Below, piece by piece: positions 36,608-50,455 of a stretch of DNA of 64,000 nt. Position 1 is the stretch's first letter. Each line of letters begins with the position of its first letter. The DNA comes from Mytilus trossulus (taxonomy: Eukaryota), in the NCBI RefSeq assembly GCF_036588685.1, contig NC_086373.1, forward strand, positions 6,014,001 through 6,078,000. Direction: 5' to 3'. The position numbers and the translations under genes were made by a program. The notes below the pieces were generated by a model. That model had not been told where the DNA came from and searched no databases. It was given only the letters and a program-made list of their open reading frames with translations.

Positions 36608-39600
36608 ATGGAGGCGACAGAAAATGAAACAGGACAACGCAAATATTACAGCAGTGGTCAACCTTTCCGTTCGAAAAAGTGTAATTTTGACAGATTCATA
36701 CCGTATCGTCCGAATTTGGATATAAACACGTCACATACAAAATTACTGTCTCCAGTGAAACATTCACAGAAGGAACCCGGACAATACAAGGATAAACAAA
36801 AAGTGTTTTATAACAAATTATTATCTGGTGCATTCGATTCAGAGGAACCTAGAATTCTACCAACGATACAAAGAAATGATTCGGGATATTCAAGTAAGTA
36901 ATATTACTCTATATTCATGTTATAAATTACTTATATTTGATAAACGAGAAAGGAATTGTCCATTTTTTAACTGTGACATTTTACGAAATAATAATTATTA
37001 CATATGGCTTGTGATTCAACTGTCACAGTAGGAATATTGGTCTGGGTCCAACACCACTGGTAGATTGATGCTTTTTAAATTATACGTCTCTACAATCTTT
37101 AAGGTATGCTAGGCTTTAGAATGAGCTGCCAGTGAGATTCGTAAGCAAGTATCTTTAAATAAGTTCAAGAACTTGATAATTTCTTGGTCTGGCAGCTCTT
37201 GTCAATGTTTTGCCTGCAAAACCAGTTAATTTATATTCATTAATTTTTTGTTTAATGCTTTATTTTCAGCATGGCAAATCTATTTTGTTATCTTTGATAT
37301 AGTGCTTCTGTTGCTTTGTGCTAATTTAGTAACTAACTAATCTATATGTGTTTTTAATGTGCTTTCTATGTGCAAACCCTTTTAGTTTTGCTTTCAAAGT
37401 TTGTTTTTAATTCATAATTGCACGCATCAGTGTATGTTTAACTTGTAATGTGCTTATTAAAAGAACCTTTGTGCTGCTTGTTTATATACTGATACGAACT
37501 CTTGCTTTATATGTTTAATTTTGTGTGCATGACTTAATATGTATGTTTTGTTTTACTTGTTGTTATGTCGGTTTTAAAAGCTCTTCAGAGCTTATGTTTG
37601 TACTTGCAATGCTTAGAGAGACTCTAAATAAAGCTTTATGTCTTATGTCCCATCTTGTTCTAGGTCCAACACCGCCACTGGCATGTTGATGTTTTGTGTA
37701 TCATATTTATTATCTTGTTCTAGGTCCAACCACACCACTACACTCCCCATTTTTTGATTCCACAATGGACAAAGTGTTTGGTTCCCCTGAATGTAAAGAA
37801 GACAGAAGACGTGTTGTTACCTCTCCATCATGTATCATGGATATGCCTTGTTTAAGGAACGATTTTTGTGAGTATATCCAATAATTGTCTTAAAAAAAAT
37901 TGGGAATGGAAATGGGGAACTTGTCAAAGTGTCAACAACCCGACCTAAGAGAGAAAAATATAAATGACCGAAGGCCACCAATGGGTCTTCAACACAGCAT
38001 GAAAATCCCGCACTCGGATACAGCTGGCCCCTTAATAAAAAAAAAAGTGTACAAGTTCAGTGAACTTTGACGTCATACTAAACTCCTAAGCATACGAATA
38101 AACTAAGTCTATACACTATCAAATACAAAATACTCAGTGTATGACCATCTAAATTTCATTCAATGAATTCATTTTATAACAATACCGTTACTTTGATATC
38201 TTTGCTTTAAATTAGAAAAAAATAATCTAATTATTTAAACTGCGTAAATTTTCCAGAGGGAGCTAAATTTGAATGCATATTTCTAACAGCAATAATTGTC
38301 CTTTAATTTATAGATTTGATATTTCAGTTTCACAAGGGAAATTTGAAACAGAAATTATGACAGAAGGGACAATTTTTTAGTTCCCTAATGTTGATTTTCA
38401 TTTTTTGGACGTCGGCGTTTCTTTATGCCATTCCAATATGATGGTTACATTTTCCAACTCGTGCACTATGCTTGTTTCAGTAGTGATGTTTTAGATTTCA
38501 ACGAAAGTTATTGTTTAAGTCAAGGATTACGTTATCCTACAGCTTTTTCTGGATTCACTCATAGATACATAAACTTATTGATCCCTCGAATACATTTTGT
38601 TCTTAAAGGATACCAATGAAACACTGTAGTACGATCTTCGAATATTGTTTTATTTGATCTTATTTTCAATTGTTTTTGATTAATACGTCTTGCAGTCTTG
38701 GAAATTATCAATTTTCTTCTCGCGCACCCCTCCCCCCAAAAAAAACCAAACAAACTCGGATTTTTGCAAATACAATTTTCCTGTTTGTGCAGCGTTACTC
38801 TTGATATATACTAGAGTAGTATCCGATTTCCTTTAGTCTGTTAACTACAATTACTAACATATTTAATTTTATTTGTATTTATTTTTTTGTCAGATACAAA
38901 TGTGTTAGACTGGGGTTCTACAAACCAGATAGCAGTAGCGTTGCAACACATAACATACATATGGAACGCCGATACTAAACGGTGTATACAGATAGAAGTA
39001 AAGTCCGGAGATGTAGACAATTATTACGTGTCTTCTCTTTCCTGGAACCCAGGAGGGAAACTTGTAGGGATAGCTGATAACAGTGGAGAAGTCATGGTAA
39101 GTTTAAAACTAGTCGTAAAAGGATCCATTATTTAACCAATATCGTTTTTATAAATACAAAAAAGCTTATCAATTCCCTTTAAGTAATCCCCAAAAAGCTA
39201 ACCGAAAGACTTTTTTTAAAATTATTTTCACCCTCAAATCGCTGATCCAATATACGTTTTTTTACTCGAACTTCCGCTTTTTATATTGCTATCTTTAAAC
39301 TGAGTTTACATTGTTAAAATATGTTGTCATTTTGATTTCATTGTGTTTTGCTGGTACATTGTGATAGAAATACATACATTGTTCATAGCATATGTCTTTT
39401 GTTCGTTAAAATTTGTGCTTCATGGCAATCTGAAGAGTCCAGATTGGAAAAGTTCTATACCATATTACATAATTTTGACATATTGTATCTTTCTTAAATG
39501 CAAAACGTAAAAAGAATTTTATGGAAAACAATTTCACTTATCAACGTGGTTGCAATAAATATCAGTGCATGTCTGTCATGAACATTATTGCAATGAATAT

Positions 39601-42600
39601 TTAAATGAACAATATTTGTGTTTCTAGATATGTGACCCAGAGCAAGCCAAAATAATACAACAAACACCACTGAAATGTAACGCGCCTGTTGGGGTCATGC
39701 GGTGGACACAGAATGGCATATTCTGGTATGTACATTAAAGAAGTGTTAATATCTGATTAGGTGTAATATTACGCATTTACCTTAACATGAGCGTCTGAAT
39801 CAGATATTCATTTAGTATTCTTGAATATTTTGGGCAATTTTTCTTTTTTTTCTTTATTTTGTCCATTAATCTTCATTCGTTATATCTAAGCACCACATTT
39901 TATCTTTTGTCTTTTTTTTGTCCAGTCTTTAATGGTGCCCTATTTTTCTGTACATTTTTCTCTATTGTGTAAGCACCATCCATACACATTTATACATCAC
40001 ATCACCTTATCATTAATAAGCAAATCGGTCGATTCTAAAGAAGGACAACTCGACTTCAAAAACTTTCCATTTATAAATTATATCCCTACGTGCGCTAGAA
40101 GGATAGGTGACAAAAGGTGCTTTTTATGTCATTATTTACCTAAATAAACCAATAAAATATGCAGAAATGCAGCTTTTGGTGAACAAGAAATATATTAAGA
40201 CCATTTTGAGCCCAAACCACTTGTCCGTGAGTTTGCAAAATAGACAAATTTAAATTTCCAGAAAATAAGTTTTTTTGTAGTATTGGCCAAGCATGTTCAA
40301 GACTAGAAACGGGTTGACTAATGGCGTATAGAAAGGTTATGTATGTACAATTCTGGATATATGATTGGTTTCTTTAAAGTTAAACTTATATTTAGAAAGC
40401 TTAGACAATTGAAAAAAATGGTCGAATAGTTAGTAATTTTGGTGGTCTGTATTTCTATTTTTAAAGGTTAACCCTACTTGAAGAAGGGAGAAAAGGCCGG
40501 GGGGGGGGGGGGTAATTGAACTTTTGGTGTTGCCGATTTAACGTGATTTAAACGCTCGTTGTTTATATCTGTTGACGTCTTTAGATTTGTATTTATAAGT
40601 TTAAGATTTTGAATATTTTCCAGTTTTCTGACTGTAATTAATCACTTTTAATTAAAAAAGTATGTTTTAACGTTTTTGATTATTGGGACTTTATTCGCCA
40701 AAAAGATGGGGGGAGTATTTCGCACAATAACCCAAAAACATTTTTAGCAGTTATCATAAAATTTCATTCGAAAGTAGCCCAGTAGCAAGAGCTTAGGTTG
40801 CAGCTCTTTTCTTTTAAGCTATAGAATGTGCTAAAATCTCATAATTTGTAAGAATAAAACTTGGAAAACACAGGCATATTAAAAAACAAAATGATACAAT
40901 TCTGAAATAAAATATGAGGAAAAAGCTCTCATTTTACGGAGAAGATTAAAACTAGATGCTCTAAAGAGCCTGTGTCGCTCACCTTGGTCTATGTGAATAT
41001 TAAACAAAGGACGCAGATGGATTCATGACAACTTTGTGTTTTGGTGATGGTACCGGTAATGTGTGTTTGTACATCTTACTTTACTGAACATTCATGCTGC
41101 TAACAATTATCTCGATCTATAATGAACTTGGTATTTTTAAGTGGAAAATGTTAGTAAAAATTTACAAATTTTATGAAAATTGTTAAAAGCTGACTATCAA
41201 GGACAAGAACTCCTTAGGGGGTCAATTGACCATTTTGGTCATGTTGACTTATTTTAAGGTGTCACTTTACTGAACATTCATGCTGCTAACAATTATCTCT
41301 ATCTATAATGAACTTGGCCCAGTAGTTTTAAGTGGAAAATGTTAGTAAAAAATTACAAATTTTATGAAAATTGTTAAAAGTTGACTATAAAGGACAATAA
41401 CTCCTTAGGGGGTCAATTGACCATTTTGGTCATGTTGACTTATTTTTAGGTATCACTTTGCTGTACATTATTGCTGTTTACAGTTTATCTCTATCTATAA
41501 TAGTATTCAAAATAATAACCAAAGACTGCAAAATTTCCTTAAAATTACCAATTCAGGGGCAGCAACCTTACAACAGGTTGTCCGATCCAAATTTCACGGC
41601 AGATAGACATTCACCTGATAAACAATTTTCCTAAGCCAGATTTGCTCTAAATGCTTTGGTTTTTGAGTTATAAGCCAAAAAACGCATTTTACACATATGT
41701 TCTATTTTTAGCCAGGGCGGCCATCTTGGTTGGATTGCCGGGTCATCGGACACATTTTTCAAATTAGATACCCCAAAGATGATTGTGGCCAAGTTTGGAT
41801 TAATTTGGCCCTGTAGTTTCAGAGAAGAAGATTTTTGTAAAAGCTTACGACGGACGACGACGACGACGAAGGACAACGGACGCCAAGTGATGAGAAAAGC
41901 TCACTTGGCCCTTTGGGCCAGGTGAGCTAAAAAATGAATCGGATTATCGTACACGTTTTCTTGATAGATATAAAATTTAACCATTAAAACATTTGTGCCT
42001 TTAAGCTAATCTATTTCACATAAGTTTACTGATGTTCATGTTAATTTCTGTAAATTTTTGCCAGATCAATGGTGGAAATGTTTTGTAAAAGTTGGTAGAA
42101 TTTTTCCATGCTAGTTATCGCCCCTGAATTTATATTTCAGTGGCAACAGAAACGGATCAATTGTATTACTGGATCCTCGAACCCCCAATATGGTGGTGGC
42201 TGAATTTCTGGGACATAAAAGAGAGGTCTGTGGACTAGAAATAGCAGACGGTACAAATTACATGGCTAGCGGAGGCGATGAGGGAATAGTTTACATTTGG
42301 GAATTGAGAACAATAAAATGTTACAGAGAAATCAACGCTCATTCTGCATGTTCAAAAGTAAGTTAATATTTGATGATATAAATTCACAAAATCCCAAAGA
42401 TAAAACGCTTACACTTCGCACACATTTACTTTTATATATTAGAAAACAATGAACTCCTGATCATATAACTTAGTTTTGATTAATTGCTTCGGATGTTTTA
42501 TGAATGGCTGTCTTTAAAGATGACATTCCTTCTCCTTTCATGCATTACCTATCAAATAATACTAATGGTATCAATTCAACTGGACCTGTCCTTGTTTCAC

Positions 42601-45600
42601 CGAAAAATCTAACGACAAAAACTACTCAAAAGCTGTGAACAATTCCGTATACTAACAATTCATTAATACACTTACTTTCAATTTTAGTAGTTAGATATTT
42701 ATGTGAAGAGCAGGCCATTTACGCATTTTGATAATTATGGTGACCTAACATACGACTGATTACTGGATTAATGTACTGAGCAGCATGATGGAAGCCACTG
42801 GTATATTAAGTGGCACAGAACTGTCATACTCTTCCGACGTTCATGACTTTATGTTATAGATTTCTTTGGGTTCATCGTGCTGGTACTTTGCCGAAATTAA
42901 ACATAACTGACTGTTAATGACGAAATATTGTTCACAATTCTGTTTTTATATATGTTTGAAACAATTTTTAAGGGTGGGGTATAAATCATAGCTAATGCAC
43001 CTCTAACACTCAAAACACACAATTTGAGGTTGCTTGTATATTATAAAAAGATGTATTTATAGGCTTTGTCTTGGTGTCCATGGAGGAAAAGCGTCATAGC
43101 TACGGGCGGTGGGTCCAGTGATGGGTATATCAAATTGTGGCATGTGCATACGGGAGAAAAAATGGCCGAAATATACACGAAATCACAGGCAAGTTAAGTT
43201 AGATGTTCACATACGATTTATTCAGAGTTTTGTGACAACAAAGGTGCAAGAAAATATTTACAGGTCCAAGTTAAAAACAGTCTAATTGTGCAATTAAGGG
43301 ATTCTGCAGCTCACACTACTGTCCACCAAAAGTGGTGGGAAGCCGTTCCATATCCTTATGTTGTCTTGGAAGAAGGAATGCCTGTAAGTTGATGTACGAT
43401 AAATCGTGTTGTGTGTCCTCTTGCTACGGATGATGTAGTATGTAGCTCTAGCGCTGGTAATGCTACGAGGCATTTTACTATCCTGTACATCATTACTGCT
43501 TTGCAGTTGGCCCTCCTCTCGGCTAGTGATTGCCACTGTAGAGTTTATAGCATTGATGTTACACTGCTGTTTTGTTGGTAGTTGTTCAATACACACCGGG
43601 CTGATCTTCTTTGCACACTTTCTAATTTCTGTATGTTAAGGTTGGTGAACGGGTCCCAGACTGAGCATGCATACTCAAGCAATGGTATTACTAGCGTTGT
43701 GTAGCATGACTCAGCTTTTGTTTGTTGGGGACAGTGCTGAAGATTTCTTTGGATGAAGGTCCTGGTTGAATTAGCCTTTTAGCTATACTCTCTATGTGGA
43801 TGTTCCAATTAATAGTTTTGAGGATTGTGACGCCTAGATATTTTGCTGAGTCAAACAGTTCTAAATTGTGCCCATGAATGTTGAAGCTTGTTAGATCCCT
43901 GTGGTACCCCTGATTTGACTGATGCAGTGTGAGATGTTTTACCATCCACAACGACTCTCTGATTTCTGGAGCTGAGGAAGTCTCTGATCCATTGGAGTGT
44001 TGGCCCGCTTATACCATAGTACTCTGGGTCTCTCGTGAGGGACTTTGTCGAATGCCTTGGAAAAATCAAGCAAGAAAAGGTCAATTTGCTCACAGAGATC
44101 TATGTTTTTAGTCAGGTCCTGTATTGTAAGGATAAGTTGTGACTCGCAGGAACTTTCGGACTCCATGTTGAGCGTCATTTAGGATGCCGTGGGTATCAAG
44201 ATGTTTTGCAATACTTATGCATATTATGTGGTCTAGGATCTTGCATGCGACAACAGTCAATAAAACTGGACGGTAGTTACTGGCACGTGATTTATCTTCT
44301 TTCTTGAAAATTGGAACAACAAAGGCTTCTTTCCATTCAGGTGGTATGGTGCCTTGATTTATTGAGAAATTATTGAGAAATTGGTAAATGTTTCTGCTAG
44401 TGCAAGCTCTTTGGTACGTCTTGTTGGGGTCACATCTGGAACAGCTGCTTTGTGGATGTTCAAGTTGCTTAGCAGTTTTTATACGCCATTTTCAGTTACA
44501 TGTATTTTGTTCATTGATGGATGTGGACTCTTTCCTTTATTCGGTATGGTTTTGATATCCTCACTGGTGTTGAATACAGATGCAAATTGATCATTCAGAA
44601 TTTTTGCCTTCTTTTCACTTTCTGAGTATATGTGAGTCCATCTGTATCTTTGAGAGATGAAACTTCAACAGATTCGCATTTCTTACTTTTAATAAATCCC
44701 CAGAATCTTTTAGGGTTTGCTGATACTTCAGGATTAATGCTGTCGTTAATGAAGTCTCTATAAGCTTTCCTACATTATTTCTGTGTTGCGGCTTTTAATC
44801 GATGATATCTGTCAAGATCAGTCTTGCCTTTTCTGTCTTGTGAGTTTTTTTTTAAATTTTCTGGTGGATCCAGGGTTGATTGAATCTTGAGGATGACATT
44901 TTTGATGGTACTGTTTGTTCAAGTATGGTAAGTAAGCTGGTTTTAATGAATTCCCACATTACAGTTATAGAGATTTCCAGGTTGAATTTCTCCTTAAAGT
45001 CTGCATCTAATTTCATAGCCTTTTCAACTTGTTCCTTGGCATCTGCCTTTTTCTAAATAAATATTTTTCTCTTTACAGGTTTGTTGATTTTAGCTGTTAT
45101 ATCAATATCGATGTATACAATGTCATGATCACCTTGACCTCATTCTGATAGTTCAGTGGTCAAAGTTCAGTTTTCGAGTTTTGATTTCCCCTCAACACTA
45201 TACATGCAATAGGTCAACTATATTTGGTGTATGGAAATATTGTATGTAGTACAGTCTCGTAGGTTTTATTTGACCTTAACCTCATTTTCACGGTTCATTG
45301 CTTAGTGTTATGTTTTTGTGATTTGGTATTGGACTATCAACATAAAATCAATGGTTACTAAAGAAGGCGATACATTTCAGTGTGCACTCTTGGGTTGACT
45401 AAGGTAAAAACTGTCCGCCACGAAATAGCACAATAGTATCGGAAGTGCTGTTAAACACTACTGAATCATTCAAATAATCTTGTTTGCAATAGTTGTTTCC
45501 AGTCGGAAAGAAAACATGACCAATAGAGATAAAAATCTTTAAATTCTCATTGGTCAATTGTAATAAAACGATCTCTGAAAATAGAAGGTAAAATTATATC

Positions 45601-47391
45601 TTGTAAACGACTCATTAGTACAGATTTTATTCTTCACATACTTTATATAAAGACAAATATTAATGTCAATTCGGAACATAACTCAAAACTCTTGACCCCC
45701 AAATACATGTACTATAGTATTTGTTTTGATTTTTACCTGGCGCTTTATAAAACCGATTGATTATCCATGCGTAAATCTTTTGTAAATTTTGAAGATTTGC
45801 AGTCTGTTGTGGTCAGAAAATTATAGGGAGTTAGCATCAGGACATGGGTCAATGAAAGCCGATGATAATGATATAATTCTGTGGAGAATGAACCGGTTTG
45901 AGTTTTCTCCCTTGGCAAGATTGAGTCAACACTTAGGACGACCCCTCCATATGTCACTGAGTCCCGACAAAACAACAGTTGGTGAGTTTTGAATAAAAAA
46001 GTTGTGTGAGAATTCAATTAAATACTTTTTTATTTAAGCACATTATACTTATCAGTACAAGAATACTTACATAACATATAATTTATATGATTAAATTGCA
46101 TAATACATTGAAGTGCAACAAAAAACCACAACGACAAAGCAACACACACAGAAACGAACTATAATATGACAACTGCCATTTTCCTGATTTGGTACATGAC
46201 ATTTTAATAAAACATGGTGTGATGAACCTGGTTTTGCGGCTAGCCAAACCTCCCGCTTTTATGGCATTGTTAAATATAAAAGTAACATGAAAACATTACA
46301 TGAAAGGACTACAGTACAAATAAATGTCATCTACAATAGATACTCCACAATGCTTTTCAATATAAAATGTGTAGTATATTCTCATAATTTATTGCTTTAG
46401 AATACCATACGTCATATTTTTTCAATAGTGAGAAAAGGGTTAAACATGAGAGTCGAGAGAGTTGTCTCATTGGCACTCATACTGCATTTTATATCTTTAC
46501 ACATAGGAAAAAGTGACCAGAATGATCTAGCTTCTCAATGGCAGCATATCTTCTTAAATTTGGAGGTTAACTTTTTTCAACAAGGTGTCGGCATTCTTTA
46601 AGGAACGAATAGGTGCCTCTCCTTGTCGCCCTCTTCTTGTTTTCAGATGGATGGACTTCCTTCAGACACTTGTCAAACGCAAAAAAATCCAGGAAGACAG
46701 AAAATTTAATTTCACATTCAGAAATATGTATGATTGTCTTTTTATTAACAATCCAAACATTTCTGATTGGGCTCCATAAATATATCTTCCAGAACTTGAG
46801 ATTAAAGGAAACAACCGACAGAGCTTACTCCGCTTCAGTTTTGAACTTTTACCTCGAAATTGACAACAACGATCATCTCAATGCCAGAATTAAAGATAAA
46901 CAAGACGATTTTAATTTTGAAAATATTACAATGTTAACTGCTGTATCCCAATTTCCAAAATATTATGGTATTGAGACGACCGCTGCTGTCCTTTTTAGGT
47001 GTAGTAGCTCTTCAACTGTTTCACTTTTTGTACATCATTGGCTATCATATATTAGGCTTTGAGTATTCCTGGTGAAGGAAAATCCAGAAAACGTATACAT
47101 TTATCATTTATAACGTGTTGTTTTCATTTTTTGACGTGTTACCTATTACGTCTGGTTGTTTTGCTTACACATTGGTTGTCAATTTGATTGTATTCTGTGC
47201 GACTGTCATTTAAGTAAGAGGTTAAGCTATCTTTAAAACAAGGTTTAATTCTTGATGACTAATCTCTTTTTGTAGCTTCTGCTGGAGCTGACGAGGCATT
47301 GTGTTTATGGCAGTGTTTTCCGGCACAAAGACGGAATGGACGTGATGGGAGAGACTCGTCACCATTGGCATTAGGAAGAAGTATAAGATGA
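36608..47391 (+). CDS. CDC20: CDC20/fizzy-family APC/C activator (divergent, possibly cortex-like), 458 aa; exons 36608-36893, 37724-37867, 38894-39096, 39628-39725, 42141-42357, 43063-43188, 45795-45981, 47276-47391
   Basis: C-box DRFIPYR; DFYTNVLDWG; GHKREVCGL; ASGGDE; KALSWCPWRKSVIATGGGSSD; SQICSLLWS; ASAGADEALCLW; C-terminal IR* tail. Exon lengths sum to 1377 nt in phase. The family call is firm; orthology to canonical CDC20 is not. Confidence 0.92.
37085..37650 (+). mobile_element. 5'-truncated LINE 3' end in CDC20-like intron 1
   Basis: NELP...RKQVSLNKFKNLIISWSGSSCQCFAC ORF2 terminus, T-rich 3'UTR, AATAAA plus (TTATGTC)2 tail. Confidence 0.6.
40950..41935 (+). mobile_element. HINE-like element with ~190-bp internal tandem repeat in CDC20-like intron 4
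   Basis: 5' GTCGCTCACC; duplicated internal unit; (GAC)n; 3' hairpin AGCTCACTTGGCCCTTTGGGCCAGGTGAGCT followed by an A-run. Confidence 0.7.
43290..45130 (-). pseudogene. Decayed CR1-group LINE ORF2 in CDC20-like intron 6
   Basis: SCESQL, LDFSKAFDKVPH, WIRDFLSSRNQRVVVDG, SGVPQGS, AKYLGVTI, SFFQDNIRIWNGFP. Several frameshifts, and the YADD region is deleted after SGVPQGS. Confidence 0.9.
46520..47095 (+). pseudogene. Penelope-like RT fragment (smaller fragment at ~39990-40090)
   Basis: FNFTFRNMYDCLFINNP (RYIDD-equivalent), ELEIKETTD, SASVLNFYLEID, DKQDDFNF. Confidence 0.75.
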
Positions 47392-49794
47392 ACTTTGTAT
47401 AGATATAAATGGAAATAAAACAACCTTTTTGAGACACAAAGAAGAAATGGGAGAATGGAAATGTTGACAAGAATTGTTTTTCATTTCGAGTTAATTTTAA
47501 TACTTCTATTGTTAAAACATGTTTTTCCTTCCTGCTCATTCATGTTATTTACGAAATTTTGACAAAAGCTTATTCTGTTCAACAACTGTTCTTATTCCAA
47601 ATACTGACAATGTTACTTCTAATTTTCCCGTATTGTACTGATAAATGGACTAATTTTTTTTATTGATAGCCGACTTTTTGATACAGTGTAAACTTACCTT
47701 TTTTTAGACACAAATTTCGTTGTGAAAAAAAACCCCATGGACTTTACCCAAACCTGGAGAGAAACGTCTTTTTTTTTTATCACGTGACAGTATTAAGAGC
47801 CAAATTTGGAACAAAAATATTAGTCTTCACTTTTAATTCTTACTATAATAATTTAACTTAATTGTTTAACAGTTAACATACAGTCTAGGTTTAATATATT
47901 TTACACATCCGATGACAGTCAAACCTTCGTTACCAAATGAAGCTTCTTCATGATGAAACAACAGTATCTAGAACACAGTTTCATATTTTTGTGCAAAGTG
48001 GACTTGTTTTTTGACAGTCAAAATTACACTTTACACCAAAACCAGTAATCATGCGCGAGTCATTGGGTTTCGTCGACACCATTACGAGCTCAACTTACGG
48101 GAAAATACTGGAATCAATCACACCACATCTTATTAAATATACAATTACACGTTGTATTTCATATTTGACGGTTGACGTTGTGTGCCAAAATTAGGGCAAA
48201 TTATCATCACATACAATAATACTGAAGTAAATAATTTCAAAAAGCTTAAAATGATGTTTTTAGGCACACCAAGCAACAGTAAGTTTATCCATTTTTCTAA
48301 CAGATACCAATTGTTGTCATTCGAATATGTACCAAAAAAACCTACTATGTATTACAGTCGACACTTACTACCTGTTATTTCTACAACGGAATGTATTTAG
48401 GTTGCATACTTACCTAATACATACAAAGAAATATGAAGAAAGTATACGTTGTTTAAATCCTGTATATCATCTTGCCACGTGACATTAAGCAAGTAATAAC
48501 CAACGAATCAAGTACCATGTAATTTATTTAGAATTATATGTATACTGTTATTTTATTAACATTACAACTGATTTTGCAATGTTTCAATGATTATATATAT
48601 GATATATTTACTAAGTATATTTTACAATTGTTATGTGGTAATTTTTTTTACTTTATGTTGGCTGTTTCCTTTTTCTATACGTTTTCGAAATAAAAATATT
48701 AAAAGTAATGCATTACTTTATTGTCTTTGTCTCGCCAAATCATGAAATAAAAAAAAGTTAGAAGAAAAAAAGACAATATAAATTTCATGTGTCCGAAGCG
48801 CTTTCTTATGCGTATGATGTGTTTGAACTTTTAATATTGCCATTTTATTAGAATTTTTCGTTTAGAATTTTCCACAGATTTCTCATGAAATCACTTTTTT
48901 CTCTGGATATATCTTCACCAGAAACGCTCGAGGCCAATAGGTGAAAACCAAGGATGTTAGGAATCGAAACAGATAGAGAGCTCGATGCCCTAAAAAGAAC
49001 CTAAATAGTAACATATTTAGAAATGGAAACAGACGGACAAATATGTCAACAAAGAAAAACAAAATGCCATATAGTCAAAGCACATACGAAACACTGAAAA
49101 CCTTTTATACAATTTGTGTGCAGTTGATTGATCAGCAGTACCAAATCTACGTGTTTTTTTTTCTTTTGAGAAACATATCGGTTACAAATTGCATTAAATG
49201 ATTAAAAATAATGTCTTTTGAGTATCATATCCTGTGTTATCTGAAACAGAGGCTTTCTATAAAGTTCAACGAATTATTATGACCTAGTTTATGAAGTGTT
49301 GTTTTCTTCTTTCTAAAAATCTAACAATTTGAAGAGTTCTTAGAAAACCTTTTAAAGTGTTAAGTTGCGGCTTAAATTTGTAAATCGTGCAAGTGTACCA
49401 ACATAACCTACGCAAAACGGAAATAAATACTCTTCAAATACATGTATAAAGAAAATTTTAAGAGCAATCTGGTATCTTTTATTTTACAAGTTTCATTATT
49501 CAAAGTTCATGATTTATTTGTGACCTTTGTAACTTATTATCATCCCTCCAATGAACAAGGTCAGAACAACACTTTGGAGATGCATTCACATGCTTACATG
49601 TAAAAATATCTTTTCATGATGTATAACCATATGAGACTGCATAAGATTTCATCATCCCCAATGAAAGTTATATCCCCTTAAAACAATTTCTTTTATTTGC
49701 ATTTTTCTTAAAAAGTATAAGAAATAGAATCGATTTAAGCTACTCGGCTTATCATCCCTCCACTGGGCTTATCATTTAAGTAGATGATAAGCGC

Positions 49795-50455
49795 AGTAGT
49801 CAGCACAAAAATGAAGTTTCATTGATATGGTAATGTTTAGAAATGTACTGTTTACAAATTTTTGAATTTTGTGAAAAACTAAGGTTTTTCTACCTCAGGC
49901 ATATATAACCTTAGCTGTATTTGACAAAACTTTTTGGAATATTGGTCCTTAATGCTCTTCAACTTCGTACTTTATTTGGCCTTTTTAACTTTTTTGGATT
50001 CAAGCGTCACTGATGAGTCTTTTGTAGACGAAACGCGCGTCTGGCGTATATACTAAATTTAGTCCTGGTATCTATGATGAGTTTATTTACAACCTGTGGG
50101 TCGATGCCACTGCTGGTGGAGATTTAATTCCCGAGGGTATCACAAGCCAAGTAGTCAGCACTTTTTGTGCTGACATGAATTGTCATTGATATGGTTATGT
50201 TTATAAATTTACTGTTTACTAATTTTTTAATTTAAAAAAAACCCCAAAGGTTCTATACGTCAGGCATAGATTACCTTAGCTGAACTTGGCAAAACTTTAA
50301 GAAATTTTGGTCCTCAATGCTCTTCAATTTCGTACTTTATTTGGCCTTTTTATTTTTTTTTTGATTCAAGCGTCACTGATTAGTCTTTTGTAGACGAAAC
50401 GCGCGTCTGGCGTATATACTAAACTTAGTCCTGGTATCTATGATGAGTTTATTTG
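49795..50455 (+). mobile_element. Tandem dimer of a ~366-bp hammerhead-containing retrozyme-like unit
   Basis: Two head-to-tail units with hammerheads at 50005-50046 (intact) and 50371-50412 (core mutated to CTGATTA). Confidence 0.85.
50005..50046 (+). ncRNA. Intact minimal type-I hammerhead ribozyme; predicted cleavage after C50041
   Basis: Stem I CGTCA/TGGCG, core CTGATGA and GAAA, stem II GTC/GAC, palindromic stem III ACGCGCGT. Confidence 0.88.
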
